Made by a program: the position numbers and the translations under genes. A stretch of 64,000 nt of DNA from positions 2,240,001 to 2,304,000 of the forward strand of contig CBDBBI010000010.1 in assembly GCA_965202625.1 (NCBI GenBank), read 5' to 3'. Positions 21,697-32,549 of this stretch are shown piece by piece (position 1 is the first letter of the stretch; each line of letters starts with the position of its first letter). The notes under the pieces are model-generated. The model was given only the letters and a program-made list of their open reading frames with translations, did no database searches and had not been told where the DNA came from. The stretch comes from a bacterium (GTDB taxonomy: Bacteria; UBA8248).

Positions 21697-22113
21697 ATGA
21701 CCAGTTTGATGAGTCGCGCTTCGTTTCACGATGTGCTCAACCGTATGCTTGAGGACTCCTTCGCCAGGCCTTTCCGCCAGGACGCCGAGGAGGAGATTCT
21801 ACCTATCGACATCGCACAAACGGATAAGGATGTCGTCGTGCGTGCGTCGCTTCCGGGGTTTAGGAAAGAGGATATCGACCTTCGGATTGAAAAGGGTGTT
21901 CTCTCCATCAAGGCGACGAAACAAACGGAGAAAGAAATTGAAGATGAAAAATACTATCGCCGCGAGCGTTTCATGGGCTCTTTGAGCCGGCGGGTCGTTT
22001 TGCCTGGTATCGTGCAGAACTACGAATCGAGTGCGGAACTCAAGGATGGCGTCCTCACGCTTCGGGTACCCATAGCCGAGGTGAGCAAACCGAGGCAGAT
22101 TGCGGTTCAGTAG
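21697..22113 (+). CDS. Hsp20/alpha-crystallin small heat-shock protein
   Basis: PIDI..T, A.LPG..KEDI, RRER..G...R...LP and A.LKDGVLTL.VP; AAGGAG RBS. Confidence 0.95.
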   Translation: MTSLMSRASFHDVLNRMLEDSFARPFRQDAEEEILPIDIAQTDKDVVVRASLPGFRKEDIDLRIEKGVLSIKATKQTEKEIEDEKYYRRERFMGSLSRRVVLPGIVQNYESSAELKDGVLTLRVPIAEVSKPRQIAVQ

Positions 22114-22858
22114 ATCGAGCGTCCCAGGCCGGTCCCCGGCGTCAAGCCGGGGACCGGAAAACGTCGGGTATCCGCACTTTTCGCTTCGCCGAGGAAACAC
22201 ATGGACGATGCTCGGAATTCGCGCAACGCCCATGTGCCGCCACGACCTGCCTTCCACTCATATTCAGTCGTCATCACGCGGCGACATGTGTCTATCCATG
22301 ATTCGTATCTTCTGTCTGCCTCGCACCGCCTGGTTGTCTGGTGAGTGAGGTGCTTAACTTAGCGCGCCCTCTGATCAGATGGTGGATATGGCGACTGTGC
22401 CGTGAGGAAGTTTTGCTTTGATCGCTGTTTTGTATCTTTGCCGGGAGGGAGGAAATGGCCGCTCGGCTTTGAACGCGCAGGGCGCGGTTCCCCCTATTAT
22501 TTCCTCGTCAAGGTGAGGTGAGTGGGTGTTTCCGCTTTTTCTACCGTGTCGAGGGTGCGACAGGCTTCGACGATTTTCGTGAAGCGCCGCGCCGGAATGG
22601 CGCGGCCGGGGACGCTGGTTCACGGACTGATGGATTCTCCATAGGTTTTGAGGGAAACGTATTTTGAGGTCTGGAACGCCGCCTGAAAAATGCTTTATGG
22701 CCAGGAAGCGATTCCGCTTAGAGAGTTCTCGCTTTTGGCGAAGGGGGTTTTTCGCCTCCCTTCGTTCAGGCGGTGAAGCGGAAATCTTCCCTCTGGCAAG
22801 AGAAAGCGAGACGCTCCTCTTTCCCGTTGCGTGATTCTGAAAGGCTCAGCAGATAGGC

Positions 22859-25177
22859 CTATCCTGAGAGCGGACCAAAATCAGGCGGGGGAATGCGGCG
22901 CCTTGAGGCCGCCTCATAGGCCGAGGCGATCTGGAGGAGCGCGTCTTCCCTGCCGGGTTCGGCGCGAAACACGAGGGAGAACGGCAAACCTGGTTCCGGG
23001 ATGGTGTTTGCCTGGTCGTTGGGGGCGGGGACGAATCGGGTCCCGTCCTCGTTCAGTTCAAAAACAGGGTCATAGGTCGTCCGCACGTAGCCTGCCGGCA
23101 CGAGTACCTCCGTCAGGCCGGCGTTCGGGCCGCTTTGCGACTCAGGTCTCGAGTTCAGCAGGAGGCCCGGTTGGCTCGCGCCCCCGATGATGGCGGGCGG
23201 AAGCGGTGTGTGCAGTCGCACGAGGGCGTCGAGCCTATTTTCGAGGATGACCATCATGTCCACGCGGCGGAGAAGCTCGCGCAGCATGATGCGCTCGTTC
23301 ACCCCCTGCCGATTCCCGTGCGGATTGCGCGGATCGTCCACTTCTTCCCAGTTTTTGAAGGCGGCGCGCTGGTCGTCTCCCCAGAACTTCGAGCGCGCGT
23401 TCAACTCGGAAAAGCCGGTGATGGTCTCGGTGAATCCACGTGCTTTCCAGTCCTCGGCTCGGCGCGAGAGGTATTGATGAATGTGGTAGCGAAACGTCAT
23501 GGCGAGTTCTTGTTGCTGGACGGTGGCGAGGTCTAGGTTGACGGGCGGTTCGACTCTGCCCTCGGCCATGTCGAGCATATAGTCTATCGGCAGCATGTCG
23601 CCTGTCCCAAAAAATTTCCCCGGTGTGAATTCGGTTGGGACGATGGCCTCTGCAAACTCCCGGAAAAGGGGTTCTCCTTCTGGAGTGAGCCGAAACATGA
23701 TGTCTGGCATGAATATGGGAACGAGTCTGGCCAGCGCGCGCCTGAAGTCCGTTTTCATGGTCTCGACCTCGGGGTCGCTCTTCCACAGCGGGTCGGTGGA
23801 TTCGAGGAGCGTCGCCCCGAGATTTGCGCCAATGATGCTTTTGATCTCCTTGGCCGCAGCGGTGACGATCGGCTCTTCAGATTTTGACCCTCTCGGATAC
23901 ACCATTGATTCACGAATGATCCCGATGCGCATTCCCTTGAGCGCGTCTGCCTCGCCGCTCATTCGCGCGTGCTTCGAATAGGGCGTTTCCAGGACGGAGG
24001 AACGGGGCACCGTCGTGAAGGGATCGCGCGGGTCGTAGTAGCCGTTCTCCGGGTCCTTGAGGGCGTCGAGTATCTTGGCGCAATCGCCGATGGTTCGTGC
24101 CATGATACCGCTCCTGTCGCAGTAGATGTCCGCCCCGATGGCGCCGCCGTCGAAGCCGAGCATCGCCTTGTGGGGCAGAATCAGCGCGACGGCGTTGTGA
24201 TTCGAAGGTCCCCGACAGGAGGCTCTCGTCTCCTCACCCAAGCTCGCCATCACCATGTTGGTGCTCACCGAGAGCGCGGAACCCGAACTCGAGCCGAGCG
24301 AGGCCGCGCGCGTGGTGTCATAGGGGTTCGATGGATTCCCGCCCCAAGAGCTGCGCTGGTAGCCCAGGACGGAAGGCAGCGCCTTATCGGGTTCGTGCTG
24401 CCCGCCCGGATCGCCGGCGCGTCCGTTGTATTCCGTGCTGACGGCCTTGGCGAAGATGATGGCGCCCTTGTTTCTCAATTGCTCGATCAGCACGTGGTCG
24501 CGCGCGGGAAAATCGATGTCGTAGCGCGCGTCTCCACCGCCCGTTGAGCGCATGTCCTTGGCGTCGAAAGGGTCCTTGAAGGAGAATACCATGCCGTACA
24601 TCGACATTTTTTCAAGATCGGGCCTTGTTCCATGCGCGGCGTCGAGCTCCGTCGCACGCTCGAGCGCGTCGGGGTAGTGCCGGAAAACCTCGCAGACGGG
24701 AGGCGCGCCCGGCGGCAGCGGGCCTTCGGAAGGATGCCTGTCGAAGTCGCCCCGGCAGGTGACGGAGCGCTCGCCGCGGATGTTGAGGGTGGCGAGGGCG
24801 TTGACTTGGCCGGCGTCTGGAATTCCGATGATCATCCCGTACTGCTGCTGGACATCCGGATCCGATGCCGTCGGCTCCATGCGTCCGAACTCAAGGGGTG
24901 GCCCCTGGTATTTGTCGAGATCGGGCAGCACGTCTGCGGCCTTCACGCTCTCCCTTGGAAAGCGAAGCGGCGCTTTCGCGCGCACAGCACCCCTAGCTTC
25001 GGGAACCGGGGCGCCATCCTCAGTCACGAGCATACTGGCCACGCCGTTATACGCGCGAACGCGCTCAATGTAGCGCTTGACCACATCGGCGCAGGTCGTT
25101 CGTCCAGCCTGGATTGCGGTATGGAGCTCCTTGATGGTCGCTTCTTCTAAGCGAAACGCCCCGTTTTTATCTCCCAT
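22859..25177 (-). CDS. Long amidase-signature family protein
   Basis: F.LEEATI..LH.AI..G, KDPFD..DMRSTGG, NPYD...GSSSGS, ASCRGP and LL.IASAYE; start refined to the ATG following AAAGGA. Confidence 0.85.
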   Translation of the reverse strand: MGDKNGAFRLEEATIKELHTAIQAGRTTCADVVKRYIERVRAYNGVASMLVTEDGAPVPEARGAVRAKAPLRFPRESVKAADVLPDLDKYQGPPLEFGRMEPTASDPDVQQQYGMIIGIPDAGQVNALATLNIRGERSVTCRGDFDRHPSEGPLPPGAPPVCEVFRHYPDALERATELDAAHGTRPDLEKMSMYGMVFSFKDPFDAKDMRSTGGGDARYDIDFPARDHVLIEQLRNKGAIIFAKAVSTEYNGRAGDPGGQHEPDKALPSVLGYQRSSWGGNPSNPYDTTRAASLGSSSGSALSVSTNMVMASLGEETRASCRGPSNHNAVALILPHKAMLGFDGGAIGADIYCDRSGIMARTIGDCAKILDALKDPENGYYDPRDPFTTVPRSSVLETPYSKHARMSGEADALKGMRIGIIRESMVYPRGSKSEEPIVTAAAKEIKSIIGANLGATLLESTDPLWKSDPEVETMKTDFRRALARLVPIFMPDIMFRLTPEGEPLFREFAEAIVPTEFTPGKFFGTGDMLPIDYMLDMAEGRVEPPVNLDLATVQQQELAMTFRYHIHQYLSRRAEDWKARGFTETITGFSELNARSKFWGDDQRAAFKNWEEVDDPRNPHGNRQGVNERIMLRELLRRVDMMVILENRLDALVRLHTPLPPAIIGGASQPGLLLNSRPESQSGPNAGLTEVLVPAGYVRTTYDPVFELNEDGTRFVPAPNDQANTIPEPGLPFSLVFRAEPGREDALLQIASAYEAASRRRIPPPDFGPLSG

Positions 25178-25503
25178 GACGCATCCTTTCATGTCCCCCC
25201 ACCTTCTCGCTCTCATTCCGCCGGGCGAGGCGTATCAACTTGAGATGATTTCAAAATACTATGGGGGATCTTCGGTTTTCGCAATGTCTGATGGAGGCGC
25301 TCCAAAGCACTCCGCCCCTGCCTATTTCGGCACAATGGTCCGCGTCTTTGCTGCGGCGTTTTTCGCACCGCCGTGTTCTGGTTTCGCCATATGATTTCCT
25401 CGTCAATCAAAAAACGATAAGCAAGTGGTATTTTTCGCAAAACGAGTAAGAATATGCGATGCTTCGCTGAAGCGAAAAAGAACCGGCGAAAGGAGACTTC
25501 AGA

Positions 25504-27114
25504 TTGAAAGACGGTTTGAAGACGGACTTGGACGTCCTCATCGTGGGGGCCGGCATAGCCGGGCTGTTCATGCTCTACCGGCTGCGCTCTAGGGGCTTCA
25601 AGGCGCGGATATACGAGTCGGGCAGCGACGTGGGCGGCACCTGGTATTGGAATCGTTACCCGGGAGCGCGGTGCGACACAGAGAGCGTTCAGTATTCCTA
25701 TCAATTCTCGAAAGAACTCCAGCAGGAATGGGTGTGGAGCGAACGATATGCGAGCCAGCCGGAGATTTTGCGCTACATCCGCCATGTGGCCGAGCGCTTT
25801 GATTTGAGGCGGGACATCGTCTTTAACACGCGGGTCGCGTCCGCCGTATTCGATGAGAATGTGAACCATTGGGTGGTCGAGATCGAGAGCGACGAGCGAA
25901 TCTCTGCCGCCTTCTGCGTGATGGCCACTGGGTGTCTCTCCTCGCCCAACCTGCCCGCTTTTCCGGGACTTAAGTCCTTTGGCGGTCCTGTTTTTCACAC
26001 CGGTCTCTGGCCGCATGAGAAGGTTGATTTCTCGGGAAAGCGCGTAGGCGTCATCGGCACTGGGTCGTCGGCGATGCAGTCCATCCCCATCATCGCGCGC
26101 GAAGCGTCGGAGCTGCTCGTCTTTCAAAGGACGGCGCATTACGCCGTGCCCGCACACAATGTCCCCCTGAGCGAGGAGCGGCTTCGAGAAGTGAAGGCGA
26201 ACTACGTCCGGATACGGGAAAAGGCCCGGCAATCGCCTACGGGTTTTGACCAGACGTTCAACGACAAGGCCGCTCTGGAAGTCAGCGAGGATGAGCGTCA
26301 GCGCGAATATGAGAGACGCTGGGCACACGGAGGACTGCCCTTCCTCGCCGCTTTCACGGATTTGCGATCCAGCGAGGAGGCGAACCGGACGGCGGGTGAA
26401 TTCGTCCGAAACAAGATTCGGAAAATCGTGAACGATCCGCAAATTGCGGAGCTGCTTTGCCCGCAGACGGTCATTGGATGCAAACGGTTGTGCGTGGACA
26501 CGGGGTATTACAAAACCTATAACCGCCCGAATGTCTCCCTGGTGGACGTGAGCGAATCGCCCATTGAGCGAATCACGTCCGAAGGGGTGATGGTGGCGGG
26601 AGAGATACATGCAATCGACATGCTCATTCTAGCCACCGGATTTGACGCTATGACGGGAACGTTGCTGAAGATCGACGTCCGGGGTCGCTCCGGGCAGACC
26701 CTGCGAGAGAAATGGAAGGAGGGGCCGCGCACGTATTTAGGCCTTATGACGTCAAGCTTCCCGAATATGTTCACCATCACAGGTCCGGGAAGCCCCTCGG
26801 TTCTGACGAACATGCAAACTTCCATAGACCATCATGTCGAGTGGATCGGCGCGTGTCTCGTGTTTTTGCGCGAGCGGGGATTGAGTGCCATTGAGGCGTC
26901 CTCGGAAGCGGAGGACGCTTGGGTGGCGCATAACAACGAGGAGGCTGTGAAAACGCTGCGCTACCGCTGCACCTCTTGGTATCTGGGAGCGAACATACCG
27001 GGCAAGCCGCGCGTGTTCATGCCGTACATCGCCGGATTCGACTTGTATGCGAGAAAATGCGCGCAAATCGTGGAGGCGGGATACGAAGGGTTTCATCTAA
27101 TTTCGCAATCATAG
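25504..27114 (+). CDS. Type I Baeyer-Villiger monooxygenase (cyclohexanone/phenylacetone monooxygenase family)
   Basis: GAGIAG, GGTWYWNRYPGARCD, fingerprint FGGPVFHTGLWP and GTGSS. Confidence 0.96.
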   Translation: MKDGLKTDLDVLIVGAGIAGLFMLYRLRSRGFKARIYESGSDVGGTWYWNRYPGARCDTESVQYSYQFSKELQQEWVWSERYASQPEILRYIRHVAERFDLRRDIVFNTRVASAVFDENVNHWVVEIESDERISAAFCVMATGCLSSPNLPAFPGLKSFGGPVFHTGLWPHEKVDFSGKRVGVIGTGSSAMQSIPIIAREASELLVFQRTAHYAVPAHNVPLSEERLREVKANYVRIREKARQSPTGFDQTFNDKAALEVSEDERQREYERRWAHGGLPFLAAFTDLRSSEEANRTAGEFVRNKIRKIVNDPQIAELLCPQTVIGCKRLCVDTGYYKTYNRPNVSLVDVSESPIERITSEGVMVAGEIHAIDMLILATGFDAMTGTLLKIDVRGRSGQTLREKWKEGPRTYLGLMTSSFPNMFTITGPGSPSVLTNMQTSIDHHVEWIGACLVFLRERGLSAIEASSEAEDAWVAHNNEEAVKTLRYRCTSWYLGANIPGKPRVFMPYIAGFDLYARKCAQIVEAGYEGFHLISQS

Positions 27115-27185
27115 AATGCGCAGCCGAATGGAACCATGAGGATCGTCCGATTAGGAATGTGGGAGCAAAGGCACTTGCATTTTAC

Positions 27186-27219
27186 GTAGGTATGAGAGAT
27201 ATGATAGTAACATACCTAC
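27186..27219. promoter_or_regulatory. Inverted-repeat operator candidate overlapping the ABC operon promoter
   Basis: GTAGGTATG-N16-CATACCTAC flanking a TATGAT -10-like hexamer (27200-27205). Confidence 0.5.
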
Positions 27220-27256
27220 ACCTGAGCACTGTAATCACGATTGATGGGGTCTTCGT

Positions 27257-28351
27257 ATGGCGGAAGTAGTCGTAAGGGACTTGGTAAAACGTTTTGGTTC
27301 GGAAACCTTGGCGGTGGACCACATCAGTTTTACTGTGGGTGAGGGAGAATTTGTGACTTTACTGGGTCCCAGCGGATGCGGAAAGACAACGACGCTTCGC
27401 TGCATCGCGGGGCTCGAGACCCCTGATGAGGGAGATATCCTCATCGCTGACGAAGTATTCACTTCCAGCCACAATGGCGTTTGCCTGCCGCCCGAGAAGC
27501 GGCGGCTCGGCATGGTGTTTCAGTCTTACGCCATATGGCCCCATATGTCGGTTTCCGAAAATGTGGCCTACGGCATCCAGGCACAGGGGGCGAATCGCGC
27601 GGAAGTGAGCGAAAAGGTCACCAAGGCACTCGAGCTTGTCGGCTTGGATGGTTTAGGTGAGAGAAACGCCACCAAACTCTCCGGCGGCCAACAACAGCGC
27701 GTATCCCTGGCGCGCGCGTTGGCCTACAACCCCCGTGTTCTTCTTTTCGACGAGCCGCTGAGCAACCTTGACGCAAAACTGCGAGAACGCATGCGGGTCG
27801 AGTTGGCGAGTTTGATAAAAGAGCTGAAATTGACGGCCATTTACGTGACCCATGACCAGGCCGAAGCCATGGTCATGAGTGATCGGATCATCGTCATGAA
27901 AGACGGAAAAATACAACAGGAAGGGGATCCGCACTCCACGTATAATGAGCCGGTCAATAGTTTCGTGGCCGATTTCATCGGCGTGACGAACATCCTTGCA
28001 GGCAAGGCCGGTGAACAGGAGAACGGCAAGGGTCTTTGGGTGGAAGTGCCGGCTCTTGAATCGAAAATCCTTTGCGCCAAGGGAATTGAGCGTGAGGTTC
28101 TGGTTGGTTCCGATTTGCTGGTTACCGTGCGTCCTGAATACATCGAATTCGAAGAAAGCGGGTCGAACGATAAAAACGTTTTAAGGGGCCACGTGAGAGA
28201 TGCAGTTTATCTGGGGCAATCCTGGGATTGTCTGATTCAATCGGGCGGATCGGAGTTGAGGGTGCACGTTCGTGGAGATGCGGAAATTCGGATTGGTCAT
28301 CCCGTCACCATGACCATACCTCCTTCAAGATGTGTGGTGTTGAGCGATTGA
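27257..28351 (+). CDS. ABC transporter ATP-binding protein (FbpC/PotA-like)
   Basis: GPSGCGKT, LSGGQQQR, DEPLSNLD and a C-terminal TOBE-like region. Confidence 0.95.
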   Translation: MAEVVVRDLVKRFGSETLAVDHISFTVGEGEFVTLLGPSGCGKTTTLRCIAGLETPDEGDILIADEVFTSSHNGVCLPPEKRRLGMVFQSYAIWPHMSVSENVAYGIQAQGANRAEVSEKVTKALELVGLDGLGERNATKLSGGQQQRVSLARALAYNPRVLLFDEPLSNLDAKLRERMRVELASLIKELKLTAIYVTHDQAEAMVMSDRIIVMKDGKIQQEGDPHSTYNEPVNSFVADFIGVTNILAGKAGEQENGKGLWVEVPALESKILCAKGIEREVLVGSDLLVTVRPEYIEFEESGSNDKNVLRGHVRDAVYLGQSWDCLIQSGGSELRVHVRGDAEIRIGHPVTMTIPPSRCVVLSD

Positions 28352-28427
28352 GAGAGGGCATGCCGAAGGGGTTTCCTGCGCGAAGCCAGTTTCATCTTTA
28401 CCTTTTATTTTTTATTTTGGAGGAAGG

Positions 28428-29573
28428 TTGATGAAAACAAGATCGATTTTCTGGTTGGGAATGGTGGTATTTCTGATAGGTATGTTTACGCTGAATGGAA
28501 CTGCCTGCGCCGCGGAGGCGCCCATCTTGAAAGAACTGCAAGGTGCGGAAAAAGCCCGCGTCATGAAGTTGATTCGAGGAGCCAGAAAGGAGGGGGCTTT
28601 TTCCTGGGCCACGAATCTCGCCCCCGTGAAAGCGGCCAAGGCGATGGAGAAGGCCTTCAAGGAACTCTATGGACTGCCGAAGGTGAAGTTTCGTTTCGCC
28701 AACAGGCGCTCGGGGACGCTCATCAAGCGTTTCGAGCAGGAAATCAAGGCGAACAAGCTCTCTGTTGATGTGGTTGTGCTCGCCGCGGCCTCTTGGCTGC
28801 ATTCAATGAAGCGTCGTGGGAATTTGATGAAATATGTCTCACCGGAAGATAAGCATTATAACCTGGCGGAGAAAGCGAATATGAACGGCGGCGGCTATTG
28901 GGTGGCCGATGCGCAAATCAACACCATGTCCGTAAACCGTGATTTGGCGGGCAACGTCAAACTGACCAGTTGGTATGATCTGCTGAAACCGGAATTCAAG
29001 GGGAAAGTGCTGGTCGGTGATGCGAGGCCTTCCGAGACATATACACTTTGGTACAAGGGACTTCGAGAGCGCTTGCCGAAAAGTTTCTTCTTGAAGTTGA
29101 GCGCTGCGAAAGCGGGTGTGATGGCGAGGGGCTCCGCGCAGAGGCGCTCCATCATGGCAGGGGAGTATTGGCTCGGAACGACGATTATGGCCAGGCACAA
29201 CTGGATTGCGAAGAAAGCCGGCGTGAAAATGGATCCCATCTACCCCAAAGAAGGCGTAGTGGCGCTTCCCATCGGCTCTGTGATCATGGCGAAAGCGAAG
29301 AATCCCAATATGGCGAAACTTTTTGTCGATTACTGGAGGAGTGTGAGAGGGCATCACATGCTCCTGAATTATAATCCGCTGAATTCCGGAAGACCGCTTC
29401 CACCGCATAAGGACGCGAAAATCAACAAACTCATCTTGGCGAAAGACGGAATTGCGCCTCCCATAGACAAGATCAATGTCATCCCGACCGACTGGAGCAA
29501 GGTCACGCCCGCCGATGTGAAGAAATGGAAGGCGGAATTTATCGAAGTTTTCGGTTCGGGGACGAAAAAATAA
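28428..29573 (+). CDS. ABC transporter substrate-binding protein
   Basis: Signal peptide, A.KEG, SW.DLL.PEFKGK and A.NPN.AKLF.D. Confidence 0.88.
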   Translation: MMKTRSIFWLGMVVFLIGMFTLNGTACAAEAPILKELQGAEKARVMKLIRGARKEGAFSWATNLAPVKAAKAMEKAFKELYGLPKVKFRFANRRSGTLIKRFEQEIKANKLSVDVVVLAAASWLHSMKRRGNLMKYVSPEDKHYNLAEKANMNGGGYWVADAQINTMSVNRDLAGNVKLTSWYDLLKPEFKGKVLVGDARPSETYTLWYKGLRERLPKSFFLKLSAAKAGVMARGSAQRRSIMAGEYWLGTTIMARHNWIAKKAGVKMDPIYPKEGVVALPIGSVIMAKAKNPNMAKLFVDYWRSVRGHHMLLNYNPLNSGRPLPPHKDAKINKLILAKDGIAPPIDKINVIPTDWSKVTPADVKKWKAEFIEVFGSGTKK

Positions 29574-29602
29574 TGACGAGGAATGCCTGAGGGGGCCGGG
29601 AA

Positions 29603-31363
29603 TTGAGCACCTCGCCCAAAACGGTGTTGGAGGCTGGAGCGGCGGAAGGACAATCAGCCGCTCTGGCCACCGCTCCACTGGGGCGTTTTTTCAATTCTGA
29701 AAATACGCTGAAGCTGGGCTCCTTGGGTCTGCTCACCATACTTGCCATCGTGCCGGTAAGCGTTTTCCTGTACAGTGCATTCGTGACCCACCCTGAAGCC
29801 GGAAAATCCATATTCACATTTATGAACTTCACGAAAACGTTCACCACTTCCGAGGTAATGGACGCTTCGCTGAATACCTTGATCATCGCGCTGGGAACGT
29901 CCGTTTTTTCTTGTTTGACGGGCGTTTCACTCGCTTGGTTTCACGCGCGTACCGATATGCCTTTCAGAGCGTCTTTGGAGGCGTTGACCTTGATTCCCTT
30001 TTTCCTGTCTTCTTTTTTAGGGGCCGTCGCCTGGTGGGCACTCGCCGCCCCGAGGACGGGCATGCTGAATCGCTGGATGATCGATATCTTCGGGTTGTCG
30101 ACCCCGCCATTCAACATTTATTCGATGGGCGGAATCGTCATGGTGTTGGCGTTGTTCTATACGCCCTATATGTATCTTTTTACGATAGGTTCCCTGAATC
30201 GGATGGACCCCGCCCTTGAGGAATCCGCGCGGGTATGCGGAACCGGCGTTTTGCGCACGGCCTTGAGAATAACGATTCCGCTATCCACGCCCGCGATGCT
30301 CTCCGGAGCGATCATTGTTTTCGTGGTGAGCATGGGGGTGTTCGGCGTGCCCAGCTTGTTGGGCCCTATCGCAAGGATATCAACGCTGTCGACAATCATC
30401 TATACGAAGATGGAAGAATATCCCCTGGATATTGGCGGGGCGGCCGCCCTGGGAAGCATCTTGATGGTATTCACCGCTCTGGGGCTTTACCTTCAGAGAA
30501 AGATCATAGCCCCGAGAAGTTACGTGACCGTAACAGGGAAAGGGTACCGTCCCAGCCGCGTTTCTTTGGGCAATTGGAAATACCTCGCGCTCGGCATCAA
30601 TTTTCTATACGTTCTATTGGCGGTCATCCTCCCACTGGGAGCGCTCTTGCTGGCGTCGTTCAATCGCGCCTGGCTGGGCGGATTCCGGTGGAGCCAGCTT
30701 TCCATCTACAACTGGGCTTATGTCTTGTTTGAATACGAGTATGCCATTCAGGCGACCAAAAACAGTCTTCTCCTGGGGCTGGTGGGAGGATTCATCACGG
30801 TGGTTCTTTGTACCTTCCTGTCCATGGTCATTCTCAGGGGCAAGAACAAGAAATTGAGCGGCGTGGTTGATTACCTTAGCACCCTGCCTATCGGCGTCCC
30901 GGGTCTTATCATGGGTATGGCTTTTCTCATCACGTGGATCAAAACGCCGCTTTATGGCTTCCCCCTGCTCTTGCTCATGATGGCGTATATGACGCGCTAT
31001 CTGCCTTATGGTCTGAGAACGATATCTTCGGTACTTCAATCATTGAGTTCCGAGCTCGAGGAGAGCGCCAGAATCTGCGGGTCCTCGTTCGTTGCGACGA
31101 TAAAGAAAATAACGGTGCCGTTGTTGAAACCGGGTATTTTCGCGGCCTATCTGATGCTGTTCATCATGTTCATAAGGGAGTTGCCGGTGTCTGTGCTCCT
31201 GGCGACAGAAGACAGCGCTCCCATGGCGGTGGCACTCTACATCTTGCAGGAAAACGAGGCTTTGGGCGTTGTGGCGGCATTCGCGCTTGTTCAGACGATT
31301 CTGCTCCTGGTGGGCACGATTATTTTCCGAAAACTCGGAAGCATGGAAAAGCTGTCGGTTTAG
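29603..31363 (+). CDS. ABC transporter permease, FbpB-like fused double permease
   Basis: Two EAA-like loops (LEESARVCG and LEESARICG) and multiple TM segments. Confidence 0.92.
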   Translation: MSTSPKTVLEAGAAEGQSAALATAPLGRFFNSENTLKLGSLGLLTILAIVPVSVFLYSAFVTHPEAGKSIFTFMNFTKTFTTSEVMDASLNTLIIALGTSVFSCLTGVSLAWFHARTDMPFRASLEALTLIPFFLSSFLGAVAWWALAAPRTGMLNRWMIDIFGLSTPPFNIYSMGGIVMVLALFYTPYMYLFTIGSLNRMDPALEESARVCGTGVLRTALRITIPLSTPAMLSGAIIVFVVSMGVFGVPSLLGPIARISTLSTIIYTKMEEYPLDIGGAAALGSILMVFTALGLYLQRKIIAPRSYVTVTGKGYRPSRVSLGNWKYLALGINFLYVLLAVILPLGALLLASFNRAWLGGFRWSQLSIYNWAYVLFEYEYAIQATKNSLLLGLVGGFITVVLCTFLSMVILRGKNKKLSGVVDYLSTLPIGVPGLIMGMAFLITWIKTPLYGFPLLLLMMAYMTRYLPYGLRTISSVLQSLSSELEESARICGSSFVATIKKITVPLLKPGIFAAYLMLFIMFIRELPVSVLLATEDSAPMAVALYILQENEALGVVAAFALVQTILLLVGTIIFRKLGSMEKLSV

Positions 31364-31454
31364 ACGAAGAGGAAAAATCTCTGGGCCGGAGAAGTGTCGA
31401 AGCGTCGCAGAACGCATGGGTTCAGTCCCAGCAGTGCCTGGTGAGAGAGGTCAA

Positions 31455-32360
31455 TTGAAGATCAAGGGTATGGTGGGTGCGCCCACGACGGCGTTCAAAG
31501 CGGATGGGAGCGTTGATTATGATACTTTTGGGAAGCAGGTGAATTTTCTGATCGAGCAAGGTTTCTCTTTCATCGCCCATCCCATGCACATCGGAGAATC
31601 CCTGAATCTGAGTGAGCGGGAGCGCAAGGAACTGGCGAAATGTCTGGTGAAGGCGGCGGCGGGCCGCGTTCCCGTATTCGTGAACGTGAGTGTCCCAGGA
31701 ACGGACAACTGTGTCGATTTGGCGAAACATGCCGAGACGATAGGCGCGGAGGGGATCGTCGTCTTGTCGCCCTATCACTGGGCGCCTGCGTCCGAGGCCC
31801 ATTTGGCCCATTTCTTGACGATAGGCGGATGCGCGGAGGTTGCGATGATCGCCTATAACAACCCCGGAAAGATTGGGGTGTCCATCGCCCACGACACGTT
31901 GCGGGAGATGGTCGAGAGGCTACCGAACCTTCACGCGCTGAAAGACGCCAGTTTCGACATGAACTATTTTACGGGCGCGTGCCTGATAGCGTCCGAGGCA
32001 AGAGCGGATTTCTCCGTCCTCACTGGGATAGAGTGGCTCCTCACGTCGGTTCCGGTTGGCGGGTCGGGTGCGTTCTCCAATTGTGGCGAGGTCTCCCCCC
32101 GACTGGTTCTCTCTCTTTTTGACGCCTGTGCGTCGGGGGACTACGAAGAAGCGCTTCCTTTACAATATAAAATGGGTGCCCTTCTGAAGTTGTTGCAGAC
32201 GAACTATCCCGCGACGGTGAAGTATGCGATGTCGCTCATGGGCCGATCCGTCGGGGAGACGCGAAAACCCATTTTGCCCCTTGACGCTGACGCCAAGGTC
32301 CGCGCGAGAAAGACGCTCGAATCACTCGGCGTTTTGGAGAGCGAGCCGAGAGGCTGGTAG
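31455..32360 (+). CDS. DHDPS/NAL-family class I aldolase
   Basis: T.F..DG.VD, GE...LS..ER, YNNP and Schiff-base Lys in LKDAS; start probably TTG 31455 (alternatively ATG 31416). Confidence 0.9.
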   Translation: MKIKGMVGAPTTAFKADGSVDYDTFGKQVNFLIEQGFSFIAHPMHIGESLNLSERERKELAKCLVKAAAGRVPVFVNVSVPGTDNCVDLAKHAETIGAEGIVVLSPYHWAPASEAHLAHFLTIGGCAEVAMIAYNNPGKIGVSIAHDTLREMVERLPNLHALKDASFDMNYFTGACLIASEARADFSVLTGIEWLLTSVPVGGSGAFSNCGEVSPRLVLSLFDACASGDYEEALPLQYKMGALLKLLQTNYPATVKYAMSLMGRSVGETRKPILPLDADAKVRARKTLESLGVLESEPRGW

Positions 32361-32409
32361 CTCCAGGCGTTCTGGTTTCGCCCGCCCGCATTTTTTCGCA
32401 TGCAGATCA

Positions 32410-32549
32410 AGGCCAGGAGAGCTGCCCCTTGCCGCGTTGGCGATGGATGCGACGACGTATAAGGTATTCAGACAGGCGGGCGGCGTGATGTTCGAGTTCT
32501 GACCCAGCCAGAAGACGAGCATGTGCACGACGATGGGAGGAACGACCAA
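32410..32549 (-). pseudogene. Short remnant of a TRAP 4TM/12TM fused permease
   Basis: VVPPIVVHMLVFWLGQNSNITPPACL...ASIA resembles the conserved AHM.IFW....SNITPPVC segment of TRAP fusion permeases; the rest of the gene is absent. Confidence 0.55.

Noticed and set aside
22114-22858. About 750-bp gap with short ORFs, including a VHVFPR HIT-like word
   Set aside because: No complete HxHxH motif, RBS or recognisable family; probably decayed DNA.
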